From UHGV virus genome UHGV-0786930: a DNA stretch of 5,386 nt. The stretch is one strand, 5' to 3'. The DNA comes from a virus. This document shows, piece after piece, positions 4,333 through 5,386 of this stretch (position 1 is the stretch's first letter; each line of letters begins with the position of its first letter). The translations under genes were made by a program, and so were the position numbers. The notes below the pieces were generated by a model. The model saw only the letters and a program-made list of their open reading frames with translations. It had not been told where the DNA came from and did no database searches.

Positions 4333-4815
4333 ATGGTTTGGAAATTTTTAACTCGTTCAAAAAGGCGAAATAAGGGCCGTAGGCGTGCCTTAAAGCCACA
4401 AAGTCGCCAAAATATCGTTTCAAAAACGATTACAGATGTAAGGAAAATATCAAAGCCGCAGACGCTTTTATTGCCTGGTCTTATAAAACATAAATATAAC
4501 CAAATTACTGGGTTGCACCCCAAAAAGCGATTAGCTTTTGAAATCGCAAAGCGTAGAAATAGGCGTTTGAACTCGATTAGAGATAATTTGAAGAATTCTT
4601 TGCACTCATTAACCAAAAATATGTTACAATCTCGTTTAACGGATGAGCAGAGGCGTGAGCGTTATGCGCAGAGGATTTGCGTTGAAAGAAGGTTACGTCG
4701 TGATGAGATTATGCGGAAAACGCATGGAAAAGGTCTTAAAATTAAAAATGCCATCTGGACGCCTGAGTCTAGGCTTGTCCGTTGTGAAAAAGATAAGGTT
4801 AAGAGGAGAAGGTAA
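4333..4815 (+). CDS. Highly basic 160-aa hypothetical protein (Arg/Lys-rich, no hydrophobic core). Probable nucleic-acid-binding / internal virion protein with no recognisable family.
   Basis: SD AGGAG 5 nt before ATG 4333. Its own strong promoter. The stop overlaps the VP2 start (TAATG at 4813-4817). Composition 'RSKRRNKGRRR…RRERYAQRICVERRLRRDE…KDKVKRRR'. Confidence 0.75.
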   Translation: MVWKFLTRSKRRNKGRRRALKPQSRQNIVSKTITDVRKISKPQTLLLPGLIKHKYNQITGLHPKKRLAFEIAKRRNRRLNSIRDNLKNSLHSLTKNMLQSRLTDEQRRERYAQRICVERRLRRDEIMRKTHGKGLKIKNAIWTPESRLVRCEKDKVKRRR

Positions 4816-5386
4816 TGGACCCATTGACTGGTAGTTTGTTATTTGCAGGCGGCAGCGCCCTTCTTGGTGGTATAGGTAGCTGGTTTAATGCTAAAGAAAA
4901 TCGTAAAGCTCAGTCTAACGCTAATAAGTCTAATTATCAAGCACAAAAAGAGTTTTATCAAAATTCTGTTGGTTGGCGTGTTGCTGACTCTAAGCGTGCG
5001 GGAGTTAATCCTATCTATGGTCTCGGTGCCGATTCAGCGAGTTTTAGTCCCTCTTTTCAATCTGTTGGAAATTCTGGTATCGGTGACGCATTAAATTCAG
5101 TATCACAAGCTGGTTTAGCTATGTCTCAAATTGTTGCTCAGCGTGATATGATGGAGGCTCAAACTAAGATGTATGACGCAGAGGCTCGTTATAAGGACGC
5201 CCAGATTAAGACGCTTGAAAAATCAAAAGAATCTCCAAATTCGGCTCCTTCTTTTACAAAAATGACTAAATCAGGCTTGCAAGGCCTTTCAATGAAGGAT
5301 TTCACGTCGGTTGAAAATACCCCTTATTCTATTATGAACTTGTCTGCTGATGGCTCTCAGTTTGGATTAACCCTTACAGAAAAGGA
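4815..5386 (+). CDS. VP2: DNA pilot / minor capsid protein VP2-like, N-terminal part. The ORF runs open to the window end (190 codons + 2 nt) and continues in frame at position 1.
   Basis: ATG at 4815 in a TAATG overlap with the upstream gene, preceded by AGGAGAAGG. Gly/Ala-rich hydrophobic N-terminus 'LTGSLLFAGGSALLGGIGSW'. Conserved gokushovirus VP2 motif 'RVADSKRAGVNPIYGLG' (R.AGxNP). No stop through 5384. Confidence 0.8.
   Translation, partial: MDPLTGSLLFAGGSALLGGIGSWFNAKENRKAQSNANKSNYQAQKEFYQNSVGWRVADSKRAGVNPIYGLGADSASFSPSFQSVGNSGIGDALNSVSQAGLAMSQIVAQRDMMEAQTKMYDAEARYKDAQIKTLEKSKESPNSAPSFTKMTKSGLQGLSMKDFTSVENTPYSIMNLSADGSQFGLTLTEK

Noticed and set aside
4643-5094. Nested + frame ORFs 4643-4834 (63 aa) and 4888-5094 (68 aa) overlapping the basic-protein and VP2 genes.
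   Set aside because: No SD upstream of either ATG, unlike every accepted gene here. They are frame shadows. An overlapping-gene role cannot be excluded, but there is no positive evidence.
1-5386. Window length equals the phiX174 genome length (5386 nt), which raised the thought that this is phiX174 or a derivative.
   Set aside because: Gene content and order are gokushovirus-like (601-aa capsid, 338-aa Rep, no G spike, D or E genes), and the protein sequences do not match phiX174. The length match is treated as coincidence.

Overview
The window reads as a small circular ssDNA phage genome of the Microviridae, gokushovirus-like, with all genes on the + strand. From the start: the 3' portion of a DNA-pilot/minor capsid gene (VP2-like, carrying the conserved 'RAGVNP' motif), a previously unlisted 34-aa arginine-rich J/VP5-like DNA-binding ORF, a rolling-circle replication initiator (VP4-like) with all three superfamily-I HUH motifs, a 601-aa major capsid protein (VP1-like), a 154-aa acidic protein (possibly the internal scaffold), a tiny 28-aa hydrophobic peptide gene followed by a textbook intrinsic terminator, a visibly GC-rich non-coding cluster of three stem-loops, a near-consensus sigma70 promoter whose leader folds into two hairpins, a 160-aa extremely basic orphan protein, and the 5' portion of the VP2-like gene. 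The window end joins the window start in frame to rebuild a 300-aa VP2-like ORF, so the window behaves like a complete circular genome linearised inside VP2. Most of the coding sequence is ordinary Microviridae core. The unusual segment is about 3840-4830: an accessory cassette of membrane peptide, terminator, GC-rich hairpin cluster, strong promoter, structured leader and basic protein. It contains candidates for a lysis/toxin peptide, a complementary-strand priming site, a regulated orphan nucleic-acid-binding protein, and a hidden overlapping gene.
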